Virus record (IMG/VR): IMGVR_UViG_3300045988_147927
Coordinates: 32,001 to 96,000 of that record
From: a virus
DNA length: 64,000 nt
Reading direction: 5' to 3' (one strand)
Part shown: positions 19,582 to 29,103 of the stretch, in pieces
How positions within the stretch are numbered: position 1 is the stretch's first letter
Layout: the number at the start of each line of letters is the position of its first letter
The notes under the pieces: model-generated
What the model saw: the letters and a program-made list of their open reading frames with translations, nothing else
Databases searched by the model: none
What the model was told of the DNA's origin: nothing
Program-made: the position numbers and the translations under genes

Positions 19582-20124
19582 TTGGCTATTTGTACATTAA
19601 AAGCTCATGTATCAAGAGCTTTAGATTTTTATAAAAAAGATGATATTTATTTTGCTATAGGTAAAGGTTCTCAATGGACTGCATCTGATTTAGAAAACTT
19701 TGATACCACTAGGGATTATGATATGAATCCACCAGTACCTAAAAATACTGATGATATGAAAGAGTTGATTGGTTTTAAAAAGTCTGAGTTTAAGGCTTTG
19801 GTAATTCAAGATGACAATGGTTCATTGGAGTATCGTGGCGTTAATTGGAGAATTGTTAGTCCTGATGATGCTATTACGCAAGGTGCTAGGTGGGTATATG
19901 TTTCTACTGAATTGTCTTATGATGAGTTGCCTACAGATAAACCATATCGTCAGGTTGGTATTTATACTGGACTAAGGAAGTCAGAGTCAGTACAGGGTAA
20001 TGTGTATAATTTATTACCTAATCAGGTTGTAGATAAAGGTTTGTTAGAAGTAATAGATTATCGTAAACCTGTATATAGGGATACTGATGTTAGGGAAAAA
20101 TTAAAAATTATTTTAGAATTTTAG
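19582..20124 (+). CDS. Hypothetical structural protein
   Basis: TTG start 10 nt after GGAGG. Lies in the baseplate operon. Confidence 0.7.
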   Translation: MAICTLKAHVSRALDFYKKDDIYFAIGKGSQWTASDLENFDTTRDYDMNPPVPKNTDDMKELIGFKKSEFKALVIQDDNGSLEYRGVNWRIVSPDDAITQGARWVYVSTELSYDELPTDKPYRQVGIYTGLRKSESVQGNVYNLLPNQVVDKGLLEVIDYRKPVYRDTDVREKLKIILEF

Positions 20125-20129
20125 CCGTG

Positions 20130-20201
20130 AGATGTGGATAGTAAAGGTTCTAGGAAACTATCACATAGTGGTAGTTCTTATACTATCCAACTAAGACATC
20201 T
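20130..20201 (+). other. Long imperfect hairpin (about 30 bp paired)
   Basis: AGATGT-GGATAGTA ... TACTATCC ... ACATCT encloses GAAACTATCAC / GTGGTAGTTC. Confidence 0.6.
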
Positions 20202-20241
20202 AATTGATTTTAGAAATATGGTTCTAAAAATGTCCTATAAG

Positions 20242-21652
20242 ATTTTTACTGAAAAGTTGTTTTTATAGTAAAAACATATTATAATCATCTTGTAATATAA
20301 TAGAAAGCGAGGTGATATTAATGTACTTAACGATAAAGCAACAGGTAAAACATTTAACTAAAGAAGAATATAATATTTTAAGAGAATTGTGTAGAATATC
20401 AAAGAATTTAACTAATCAAGCAATTTATAATGTAAGACAGCATTATTTTCAAGAAAAACAATATTTGAGATATGAAGCGAATTATCATGAATTAAAGAAT
20501 TGTGAAAACTATAAATTGTTGAATTCTAATATGGCTCAACAGACTCTTAAAAATGTTGATTCAATGTTTAAATCATTCTTCGCTTTGATTAGATTAGCAA
20601 AACAGAGTAAATACAGTTTTAAATATATAAAGTTACCTAAATATTTACCTAAAAATGGTTATGCAAATTTAATCATTCAAATGATTAATATTAAAGATAG
20701 CATAATAACACTTCCTGTTTCTAATGCTTTTAAGAAAAAACTTGATAGGAGACTTAAAGTTCAAATTAAAATTCCTAAGGTGTTAGAAGATAAAAAGATA
20801 AAGCAGATTCAAATTATTCCTAAATTTAATGCTAGGTTCTTCGAGATTCAGTATACATATGAGATTCAAGAAGAAGAAATTAAATTAGATATCAACAATG
20901 CACTAGCTATTGATTTAGGAGTTAATAATTTGTGTACTTGTGTTACTAACATAGGTAAATCTTTTATTGTAGATGGGAGAAAGTTAAAATCTATCAATCA
21001 ACTTTTTAATAAACAAAATGCAAGATTGCAGTCTATTAGAGATAAGCAAAATATTCTTAGACAGACAAAACAACAATTCTTAATCTCTCAAAAGAGAAAG
21101 AATAGAGTTGATGATTATATTAATAAAACGTGTCGATATATTATTAATTATTGTTTGTCTAATGATATTGGTACTTTAGTTATTGGTTATAATCCGTCAT
21201 TTCAAAATAAGGCTAATCTAGGGAAGAAAACTAATCAAACTTTTACTCAATTACCTTTTGGTAGGGTTAGAGATAAGTTAGAATATTTATGTAAACGATA
21301 TAATATTAATTATATTTTACAAGAAGAATCTTATACTTCTAAAGCTAGTTTCTTTGATAATGATGAGTTACCTGTTTATAATGCGGATAATCCACAAACA
21401 TATGAATTTAGTGGTAAACGTGTTAGAAGAGGTTTATACCAAACTAGAAACAATTATCTTTTTAATGCAGATTGTAATGGTGCATTAAATATTCTTCGTA
21501 AAAGTAGAGCTGTAGACCTAAGGGTCTTATGCAGTAGGGGCGAACTGGACACGCCTAAGAGAATAAGGGTTTCTTAGTAAACCAAACTTCTTAATAAAGA
21601 GACTTTTTAAGTTTCTTTTAGAATCATATGACTAAAATCATGTGATGTTCAG
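20242..21652 (+). mobile_element. Solo-tnpB IS200/IS605-family element, copy B (left boundary approximate)
   Basis: Paralogue of 14846-16235. Conservation runs from TTACTGAAA (20246) to GATGTTCAG (21652). Confidence 0.65.
20321..21577 (+). CDS. tnpB: TnpB-family RNA-guided nuclease lacking the CxxC zinc finger
   Basis: Roughly 85% identical by eye to the 14923-16176 product, with the same RuvC motifs. Confidence 0.8.
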   Translation: MYLTIKQQVKHLTKEEYNILRELCRISKNLTNQAIYNVRQHYFQEKQYLRYEANYHELKNCENYKLLNSNMAQQTLKNVDSMFKSFFALIRLAKQSKYSFKYIKLPKYLPKNGYANLIIQMINIKDSIITLPVSNAFKKKLDRRLKVQIKIPKVLEDKKIKQIQIIPKFNARFFEIQYTYEIQEEEIKLDINNALAIDLGVNNLCTCVTNIGKSFIVDGRKLKSINQLFNKQNARLQSIRDKQNILRQTKQQFLISQKRKNRVDDYINKTCRYIINYCLSNDIGTLVIGYNPSFQNKANLGKKTNQTFTQLPFGRVRDKLEYLCKRYNINYILQEESYTSKASFFDNDELPVYNADNPQTYEFSGKRVRRGLYQTRNNYLFNADCNGALNILRKSRAVDLRVLCSRGELDTPKRIRVS

Positions 21653-21687
21653 TTTAGAGTTTTAGTTAGTTTGAGGGAATATATAGA

Positions 21688-24600
21688 ATGAGTATAGTAT
21701 CACAAAGTCCTTACTATGATAGGTATGATAGTGTAGATTCTGAACATAGGAAAGAAGGTTATACGAGGGTTTTGGCTATTCCTGGAAGGGCAGAGCAGGC
21801 ATCTGAGTTTAATGAAATTCAATCTATACAAGAGGACTATTTGTCTAGGATAGGGGATTCCCTATATAAAGATGGTTTTGTTATTAGTGGGTGTGAGATC
21901 AATATCTCAAATAACTTTATCACAATTTCTAAGGGTAGAATTTATTTAGGTGGTTTGATTAGGAATACAGATGAAGTTAAGTTAGCTATAACAGGTGTCG
22001 GAAAAGAAAGAGTTGTTGCAACATTGGTAACAAGTGTTGTAACATCTTTACAGGATTCGTCATTGAGAGACCCTGCACAAAACGCTGAAAATTACAATCA
22101 GGTTGGTGCTAATAGGTTAAAACAGGTTGTATCATTTTCAGTTGTTAGTGATGGTTCAGCTGTTGGAGATAGTTCTGCTGTTGTATATAATTTGAATGAT
22201 GGTGTAGTTGTTAAAGAGGCAAAAACAGATAACTATTCTATCTTAAATGATGTATTGGCTAGACGTACATATGATGAGAATGGTAACTATAAGGTTGAGG
22301 GTTTGGATTTACAATCTGTTACTGAAGATGAAGGTGATAAGATTAGGTTATATGTTAGTGCTGGTAAAGCCTATATTCGTGGGTATGATGTAACAAAACC
22401 AGCAATGAGTAGTATTCTACTTAATAAATCTAAATCAACTCGTATTATAACAAGTGAATCTCATTATTATAAATCATCAGTAAGGAAATATAAATTATCA
22501 AATTCACCTGTGGCATCTATTCAGAATTTTACTGCAAGTGTTCTTGTTACAGGTGAGCGTAAATTTAGAGGGAATGTAAAAGGTGGTCAGGAGGCTTTAA
22601 ATAATACACCAGTCCAAAGTATTGTTAGTGTATACACTAAGAACTCACAAAATAATAAAGAGACTGTGTATGTTGCTGGTAGGGATTATTCATTGTATTC
22701 AGACCAGATTGACTGGTCTTTTACTGGTGAAGGTGCTACTGAGCCTACACAAGGTACTACTTATTACGTAGATTATATCTATAACTATTCTATGCGTGAG
22801 GGTGTAGATTTTAAAATAGAGAATACAGTAGATGGTTCATATGTTGTATTGTTAGATAATGGCAATAAACCAACTGAAAATTCTCTTATGTATTTTACAT
22901 ATAATTTCACTTTGGCTCGTAGGGATTTGATTTTATTAGATAGTGATGGGTATCTAAGTGTGGTTGAAGGTACTCCTGATAGGTTTGAAGATTTAATCAC
23001 TCCTTATAGTGGTTCAACAGCTTACTTAGAGTTAGGGTATGTAGACATCTATCCTACAAATGCTTTGGGTGTTACTAATGCTTCTAGGTTATCTAGGGTA
23101 ACAAATTATGATGGTGTTAGGGTTTCACAGGATAATTTGTTATTGATGTTAAGAAGGATTAATAAGTTAGAAGATAGTATCGCATCTCTTGATATGGAGA
23201 GAAGCGTTGAGAGTGGTGAGGATTTATCTAGTTTAAGTGGCTATTTTACTGATAGTTTTGAGAATATTAATAAGTCTGATTTAACATATACTGATACAGC
23301 TAAGAGGTTATCTTATACTGCTTGTATTGACTATAATAGAAGTGAGTTGACAACATCTGCTACTTTAGGTAGTGTTGATTTGTCTGTTGATGATAGGTCA
23401 AGTGATGGGTATGCTACTTTTGGTAACATAATCTCAGCACCGTATAATTCTATTTTGTCTTTATCTCAACAATATGTAACAGGTACAATGAAAGTAAACC
23501 CTTATGCTAGTTATGGGCCTCTATGTAAGGTTGAGTTATCACCAGCAGTTGATGACTGGGTAGATACAAATACTGTTAATGTATTCAATACTGCTGAGGA
23601 TGTAAAGTATGTTACAGAGACAAAAGTATATTCAAAAGGTTTTTGGGGACGTCATGCTAATGAAGAAAAAACATCAACTTTTTTAGATGGTGTTGAAACA
23701 ACAAAGAATGTTTCAGAGTCTGTAGCCAAATCTATTTCAGAATATATGAGGGTTAAAGATATTAATGTAGTTGGTTCTGCTTTTGGTAATAATACTAGAA
23801 ATATCAGAGCTGTGTTCAATGGTAGTCCTGTAAACATTACACCTACTGATGGTAGTTCTAGTGGTACAGCTTATTCTGAAGGTGGAAAGACATATGCAAC
23901 GATTAATGCTGATGCTAATGGTATGTTCAAGGGTAAGATTACTGTTCCTGAGAGGACACCATGTGGTACTGTAGCAGTACAATTTCAAGCTACAAATAAT
24001 TTAGGTGAGACTCATACTGGTACTGCAAACTATGTAGCTAATGGTACTATTTTAACAAAAACCTTGACTAATACTACAACAGTTACTCAAAGGTATAAGG
24101 TCTTAAAAGAGATTACAAATTACTATAATACTGACCCTTTGGCTCAGTCATTTATTGTAGATGAGGTATATGATAGGAATATTCATAAGATTGATTTATA
24201 CTTCTCTAAAAAATCATCGACTAGACCAGTTGTTGTACAGGTTAGGAATATGGTTAATGGGTATCCTGGTGAGACTGTGTATGCTGAGGTGTTACTAAAA
24301 CCTAGTGAGGTAAATATACCTACTGACCCTAATGTTCCTGTTGTAACAAGTGTTACACTAAATCAACCTGTTTATTGTGTAGCTAAAAGGTATTATTGTT
24401 TTGTTATTATTTCTGACAGTAATGATTATGAAATGTATGTTGCTAAGATGGGTGATAAATTCTTAGGTAGTAATGACCAACTTGTTGTCAACCCTTATGG
24501 TGTTGGTGTATTGTTTAGTTCTTCTAATGCTAGTACATGGACTGCACATCAAGATACAGATTTGATGTTCAAGCTATATAGGACTCAATATACTGGTAAT

Positions 24601-25326
24601 GGTGAGATTATATTTAATAATGTAGCTGTTAGGGATATTACTGGTGTTATGTTAGATGCTGCATATGAAGTTGATAGTGATAGTGATAGTAAGAATATAT
24701 CTTCAAGCAAGACTGGTATTAAATGGTTCTATAGATATACTAAGAGTGGTGCAGGTGAATCTCCTACAGACTGGTTAAGTATAGATACTTTAGTCTTTAG
24801 GGATTTACAATCTTATGCTAGGAATATTGATTTAAAGGCTGAGATTACAACTGATTTTAGTACTTCACCTTTTATTGCAAAAGATAGGGTAGCTTTGAGG
24901 ACATTCTTAGATAGTAAACAATCTACCTATATTTCTAAGTCTATTGATGAGACAAATTTTGCTAATCCTTATCAAGCATTGAAGATAAGTTATCAAGCAG
25001 CTCTACCTCAAAATACTTCTATGGATGTATTTTATATGGATAAAGAGGATGGAGATTGGGTAAAATTAGCTACTGATAATACAACTGTTAATGTTGGTGG
25101 TAATGCAGTTAAATTGGTGTCTTTAGATTCAATTACAAATGTTGATGAAGAGTTTAAGCAGTATACTTGGAATATCAATAAGATTAATTGTATGGTTAGT
25201 GATACTCAATCTAGAGGTTCAAAATTCTTTAAATTGAGAATTGATTTGAACACTACGCAGGCTTTTAATCGTCCTAGGGTTAAGAAATTAGCTTGTATCT
25301 TTAAAGAAAAAGAATATAGGACTTAA
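21688..25326 (+). CDS. Large baseplate/fibre-associated structural protein (possibly DUF4815-like N-terminus)
   Basis: 1212 aa. The N-terminal motif LAIPGRAEQASEFNEIQSIQ is recalled from large phage structural proteins. Lies in the late operon. Confidence 0.5.
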   Translation: MSIVSQSPYYDRYDSVDSEHRKEGYTRVLAIPGRAEQASEFNEIQSIQEDYLSRIGDSLYKDGFVISGCEINISNNFITISKGRIYLGGLIRNTDEVKLAITGVGKERVVATLVTSVVTSLQDSSLRDPAQNAENYNQVGANRLKQVVSFSVVSDGSAVGDSSAVVYNLNDGVVVKEAKTDNYSILNDVLARRTYDENGNYKVEGLDLQSVTEDEGDKIRLYVSAGKAYIRGYDVTKPAMSSILLNKSKSTRIITSESHYYKSSVRKYKLSNSPVASIQNFTASVLVTGERKFRGNVKGGQEALNNTPVQSIVSVYTKNSQNNKETVYVAGRDYSLYSDQIDWSFTGEGATEPTQGTTYYVDYIYNYSMREGVDFKIENTVDGSYVVLLDNGNKPTENSLMYFTYNFTLARRDLILLDSDGYLSVVEGTPDRFEDLITPYSGSTAYLELGYVDIYPTNALGVTNASRLSRVTNYDGVRVSQDNLLLMLRRINKLEDSIASLDMERSVESGEDLSSLSGYFTDSFENINKSDLTYTDTAKRLSYTACIDYNRSELTTSATLGSVDLSVDDRSSDGYATFGNIISAPYNSILSLSQQYVTGTMKVNPYASYGPLCKVELSPAVDDWVDTNTVNVFNTAEDVKYVTETKVYSKGFWGRHANEEKTSTFLDGVETTKNVSESVAKSISEYMRVKDINVVGSAFGNNTRNIRAVFNGSPVNITPTDGSSSGTAYSEGGKTYATINADANGMFKGKITVPERTPCGTVAVQFQATNNLGETHTGTANYVANGTILTKTLTNTTTVTQRYKVLKEITNYYNTDPLAQSFIVDEVYDRNIHKIDLYFSKKSSTRPVVVQVRNMVNGYPGETVYAEVLLKPSEVNIPTDPNVPVVTSVTLNQPVYCVAKRYYCFVIISDSNDYEMYVAKMGDKFLGSNDQLVVNPYGVGVLFSSSNASTWTAHQDTDLMFKLYRTQYTGNGEIIFNNVAVRDITGVMLDAAYEVDSDSDSKNISSSKTGIKWFYRYTKSGAGESPTDWLSIDTLVFRDLQSYARNIDLKAEITTDFSTSPFIAKDRVALRTFLDSKQSTYISKSIDETNFANPYQALKISYQAALPQNTSMDVFYMDKEDGDWVKLATDNTTVNVGGNAVKLVSLDSITNVDEEFKQYTWNINKINCMVSDTQSRGSKFFKLRIDLNTTQAFNRPRVKKLACIFKEKEYRT

Positions 25327-25374
25327 TTATAAAATTAAGTCATAGTATATAACTATATATAGTTATAGTTGGTA

Positions 25375-25410
25375 TAGAGGTGTAGCATAAGATTACACCT
25401 CTATTCTTTT
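25375..25410 (+). terminator. Rho-independent terminator
   Basis: TAGAGGTGTA / TACACCTCTA stem followed by TTCTTTT. Confidence 0.7.
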
Positions 25411-25433
25411 AGAATATAAAGAGAGGTGTGTTT

Positions 25434-25652
25434 ATGCCTGAAAGAGTACAAAAGATGTTCTGTACAATGTTTAAAAAAACAGAGGAAGAGCAGAGGAATT
25501 ATGATGCTAGGAAAGAATTATCTAGGACTAAGGAAGAGTTAAAAAATACTTCTGAGACTTTAGATAAGGCTATGACATTAATTCAAGAATTAAGTAGTGA
25601 ATTATCTTCTATTAAGGAAGAGTTAAATAATACAAAAGAGAGTAGTAAATGA
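25434..25652 (+). CDS. Small coiled-coil protein
   Basis: RBS AGAGGTG before ATG 25434. The sequence is heptad-like and rich in Glu, Lys and Leu. Confidence 0.6.
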   Translation: MPERVQKMFCTMFKKTEEEQRNYDARKELSRTKEELKNTSETLDKAMTLIQELSSELSSIKEELNNTKESSK

Positions 25653-26128
25653 ATATTTTAAAGAGATACAATTCAGATAATATAGACTGGAATATAGGTT
25701 CTTTGTTTGCACATGATGATTATATTATAAAGTTGTTATATTTGATGAGAGAGTTGGATATGGCTAATCCCATAAAGTATGTGTTTGGTTCTATACCAAC
25801 TGTACTATGTGGTGGGAGAGTACCTCCAAGAGATGCTACAGTTGAAAATACTTTTAAGATTATTGATAGGTATAATCAGTTAGGTGTTGGTTGTAGGTTG
25901 ACATTTTCTTCACACAATGTTTCTAAAGATGAATTAAGTGATGATATATCTAATAAACTCATGCAACATTTAGAGGATAATAATCAAAAATATGGTGTTA
26001 GAATGAATGGTGTTATTCTAGTATCTGAATTATTAAGTGAGTATATTTATAATACATATAATTCTTTAGAGTTAATATCTTCACAAGTCAAACCATCTAT
26101 AGAAGTTGGACTTGTGAAGATACAGTAG
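25649..26128 (+). CDS. U32-family (peptidase U32 / O2-independent hydroxylase-like) protein, N-terminal part
   Basis: GVILVSELLSEYIYNTYNSLELISSQVKPS parallels the U32 pattern DALIvsD.g......p.l.ih.S.Q. The frame ends at 26128 while the -1 frame continues. Confidence 0.4.
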   Translation: MNILKRYNSDNIDWNIGSLFAHDDYIIKLLYLMRELDMANPIKYVFGSIPTVLCGGRVPPRDATVENTFKIIDRYNQLGVGCRLTFSSHNVSKDELSDDISNKLMQHLEDNNQKYGVRMNGVILVSELLSEYIYNTYNSLELISSQVKPSIEVGLVKIQ

Positions 26129-26169
26129 AATATTATAATAGATTATTTGATTTATTTGATATTGTTGTT

Positions 26170-26586
26170 GTGAATCCTAGTAAGTGGTGTGATGCTAATA
26201 TAATTCATGGGTTAAAACATATAGATAGGGTAGAGTTTATAGTTAATCATAGATGTTTTTTAGATTGTCCTATGGCTGGTGAGCATTATAAAGCACAGGT
26301 TGATTTAAATAAAAAGATGCTTAAAGTTGAAGATTACTCTATAGAAGAGGGTAAATTAAAATCAATAAATGATTGGTGCTATAAGACGAGAGGAGAATAT
26401 CCATTAAATGGTTCTTCTTTTGGTGATTCTGAGATTAATATGTTGATAGATAATGGTGTTAAACATTTTAAGTTAGAAGGAAGAGATAATAGTTCTACTT
26501 CTTTTTTGCGTGATGTAGGAGATTACATTTTTAATCATCAATATTTTTCGAGGATTGCACATAGTATAAGAGGGGAGGCAGTGTAG
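26170..26586 (+). CDS. U32-family protein, C-terminal part (no independent RBS)
   Basis: VEFIVNHRCFLDCPMAG parallels the U32 motif E.FVHGALC..SGRC. VKHFKLEGR parallels KIEGR. The frame is already open from 26062 (..EDTVEYYNRLFDLFDIVVVNPSKW). Confidence 0.4.
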   Translation: MNPSKWCDANIIHGLKHIDRVEFIVNHRCFLDCPMAGEHYKAQVDLNKKMLKVEDYSIEEGKLKSINDWCYKTRGEYPLNGSSFGDSEINMLIDNGVKHFKLEGRDNSSTSFLRDVGDYIFNHQYFSRIAHSIRGEAV

Positions 26587-26587
26587 T

Positions 26588-27382
26588 ATGTCAACTAGAA
26601 TAGAGTCAGAGTCTGGTGAGGAGTTGTGGGGGCCTGATACGTTCGGTAAATACTCTATTGATAAGATACGTGTTATTGCAGAGATTATGAAAGGTGTGTT
26701 TAAGGATACACCTATAACTTTTGTTAATAAAGGTAAAGATAGTGATGATGTTTACACAAAGATAGAAAGTAATAATCTATTTGTGTTTAAGTCAGATTTT
26801 AATACATTAGCAGGTGATTTAGTTAAGACTTTGACAGCAAGTTATTTGAGGCAATTATCTGAGACTGAAGGTGTTGCAAGTGCAAATGATATAAAGGTTT
26901 TAACAAAGGTTGCAAACTTTTTGACAAGGGTGTGTTTTAATCAAACATATACAGAGATAAAAGATTTATCAACAATGAATATTGTTGCAATACCTGATAG
27001 GTTACAACAGGTTGAGACACAACAAGTATCTGTGGACACTAGAATTAATCATATGATGGGTGTTATCTATGAGATTAATAGGGATGGTTCTTTCTCCTCA
27101 ACTTCTAAAGTAGCTACAAAAGAAGAGGTAAGCAGTATTGTTAATAGGCTAGGGAGTGGTTCTGTTACTGTAAGAGGTGCTAGTGATGTAGTTGATGCTG
27201 TAAATCGTTTAGATAGAAGTGTTGTAGCTCTAGAGTCTATTTCAAACCTAGTTAGTAGTCTGTCAACAACTGTAAATGCACTTGCCAATACTGTTAATAG
27301 ATTAGATACACTTTTAGGAAGTGAGCCATTAAGGACAAATGCTAAGACTATTACTGGTGCTATAAATGAATTAAAGAGATAA
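26588..27382 (+). CDS. Tail fibre protein
   Basis: The C-terminal AKTITGAINELK motif is common in phage fibres. Lies in the fibre module. Confidence 0.6.
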   Translation: MSTRIESESGEELWGPDTFGKYSIDKIRVIAEIMKGVFKDTPITFVNKGKDSDDVYTKIESNNLFVFKSDFNTLAGDLVKTLTASYLRQLSETEGVASANDIKVLTKVANFLTRVCFNQTYTEIKDLSTMNIVAIPDRLQQVETQQVSVDTRINHMMGVIYEINRDGSFSSTSKVATKEEVSSIVNRLGSGSVTVRGASDVVDAVNRLDRSVVALESISNLVSSLSTTVNALANTVNRLDTLLGSEPLRTNAKTITGAINELKR

Positions 27383-27403
27383 GATATAAAGGGGTAGAAA
27401 GTT

Positions 27404-29095
27404 TTGGAAATAAAGCCTTTTAAAAAGATAAATGGAGGGGGATATTCATTTAAAGAGGTATGGGATATCTATGATGAGCAATTTAATCTTATTAGAGATA
27501 TCATATTATCTTTAGGTGATAAGTACCATGTTGATAATGTTAGTGGTAGTGATGAGAAAATAATCACTTTAAATACGCCGTATAATAGTAACCAAGTATT
27601 TGTGTATTGTAATGGTGTACTTCAATGGAAGGATAGGGATTATAGGGAAAATTCTTCTAATGAGATTGAGTTGTTATTTGATAGAAAAGCGTCTGATGAT
27701 ATACGAATTGTTACTATAAAAACTAATGTAATTAAGTCAGATTTACAACAATATTTACAAGATATTAATAGTATATGTAAAAATGCTAAGGAGAATTATG
27801 ATTCAGCTAGAGGTTTAGAATCTAGGTTAGTTGAGTTATATTCATCACTACAACAAACTCATTCTTTATACACAAATAATCGTGTAGATAGTCTTGTTGA
27901 GGATTTAAAAAATATAAAGAAAGAGTATGATAAAAACAATACAAATTTTAATACTATTTTAGATAAATCTGATAAGTTATTTACTAAGTTGAGTAATACA
28001 GATGTTTATATTAATAATAAACTAGAGACCCTTGATACTGATGTTGATGTGATTGTTAAAAGGGATTTAAAAGCAATTAGTGATGATTTTAATAGTAGGC
28101 TTAGCGAACATATTTCAGATGTAAGCAGTAGTCTAGAAAATCATATGAATGATGTTAGTAACAAGATAGATTCTTTAAAGACAGATGTAAGCAATAAAAT
28201 TAAAGAAAACAATAAGAAGATAGATGATTACATTTCTAAAAATGATAGGTCTGTTAAAGATTTAGGTAAAGATATTGAATTATTGAAACAGAAGTCATTA
28301 AATACAATACATGAATCGTTGAGTGGTCAAGTTGATTTAAACTCTATTACAAGTATAGGTATATATGATTTAAATACTGAAGATTTTGTTAATGGTATTG
28401 GAAGTTTTATGATGCTTAATGGTACCAGTACTAACTTTGAGCATGGGACTCTTATTGTAACAGAAGTTAATGGTAGTATAGTTCAAGAGGTCATAACTAA
28501 TCATGGGTTTAGATTTACAAGGAAAAAGCCTAGTGGTGGTGTATTCACACAGTGGGATTACCTTGTAGGTGGGAGTGTACTAAGTGATGTCAAGGGGACT
28601 ATGAGTTCTGAGATTGGCACTAAATTGAATAATATTAAAAGAGGTAATTTAAATTATACTGCATTAGTTGACTGGGATAAGACAGCTAAGATGATGAATC
28701 CGTCTTATAATGGAGATACTATCAGGTGGGTTCAGGATGCAAACTCTGGGTATTATAAACTTAGTAATTGGAATTATAGATATAGACCTAATGGTGAATT
28801 TGCAGTTATATTTCTTAAAGAGAGTTGGTTTACATATGATGAGTTAGTGTTTAAATTACATAGAAATGATTATGATGTGAATATACCAATAAAAGTCGAA
28901 TTTTTAAAGTGGAGTTTACAGGGTAATAATACAAATACGCTGTTTGGTAATACTTATTGTTATTTTCAGTTAATTGCAACGCAGATAGATAAGACAAAGA
29001 ATAATGTAAACTACATTTTAACTGATGCTACTACTATGAGCTTTATAGGGTTTGCAGGTGATTTAGTAGAGATTTATGGTGTTAAGTATAATTAG
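27404..29095 (+). CDS. Tail fibre protein (coiled-coil shaft plus C-terminal globular domain)
   Basis: TTG start after AAGGGG. Contains a long heptad-rich middle region. Confidence 0.6.
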   Translation: MEIKPFKKINGGGYSFKEVWDIYDEQFNLIRDIILSLGDKYHVDNVSGSDEKIITLNTPYNSNQVFVYCNGVLQWKDRDYRENSSNEIELLFDRKASDDIRIVTIKTNVIKSDLQQYLQDINSICKNAKENYDSARGLESRLVELYSSLQQTHSLYTNNRVDSLVEDLKNIKKEYDKNNTNFNTILDKSDKLFTKLSNTDVYINNKLETLDTDVDVIVKRDLKAISDDFNSRLSEHISDVSSSLENHMNDVSNKIDSLKTDVSNKIKENNKKIDDYISKNDRSVKDLGKDIELLKQKSLNTIHESLSGQVDLNSITSIGIYDLNTEDFVNGIGSFMMLNGTSTNFEHGTLIVTEVNGSIVQEVITNHGFRFTRKKPSGGVFTQWDYLVGGSVLSDVKGTMSSEIGTKLNNIKRGNLNYTALVDWDKTAKMMNPSYNGDTIRWVQDANSGYYKLSNWNYRYRPNGEFAVIFLKESWFTYDELVFKLHRNDYDVNIPIKVEFLKWSLQGNNTNTLFGNTYCYFQLIATQIDKTKNNVNYILTDATTMSFIGFAGDLVEIYGVKYN

Positions 29096-29103
29096 GAGTT
29101 AGT

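Noticed and set aside
14716-21687. The two zinc-finger-less TnpB elements could also be IStrons.
   Set aside because: No P/Q/R/S-like core blocks are present. Only about 75 nt are conserved upstream of tnpB. The flanking genes are complete, with their own stops, terminator or RBS.
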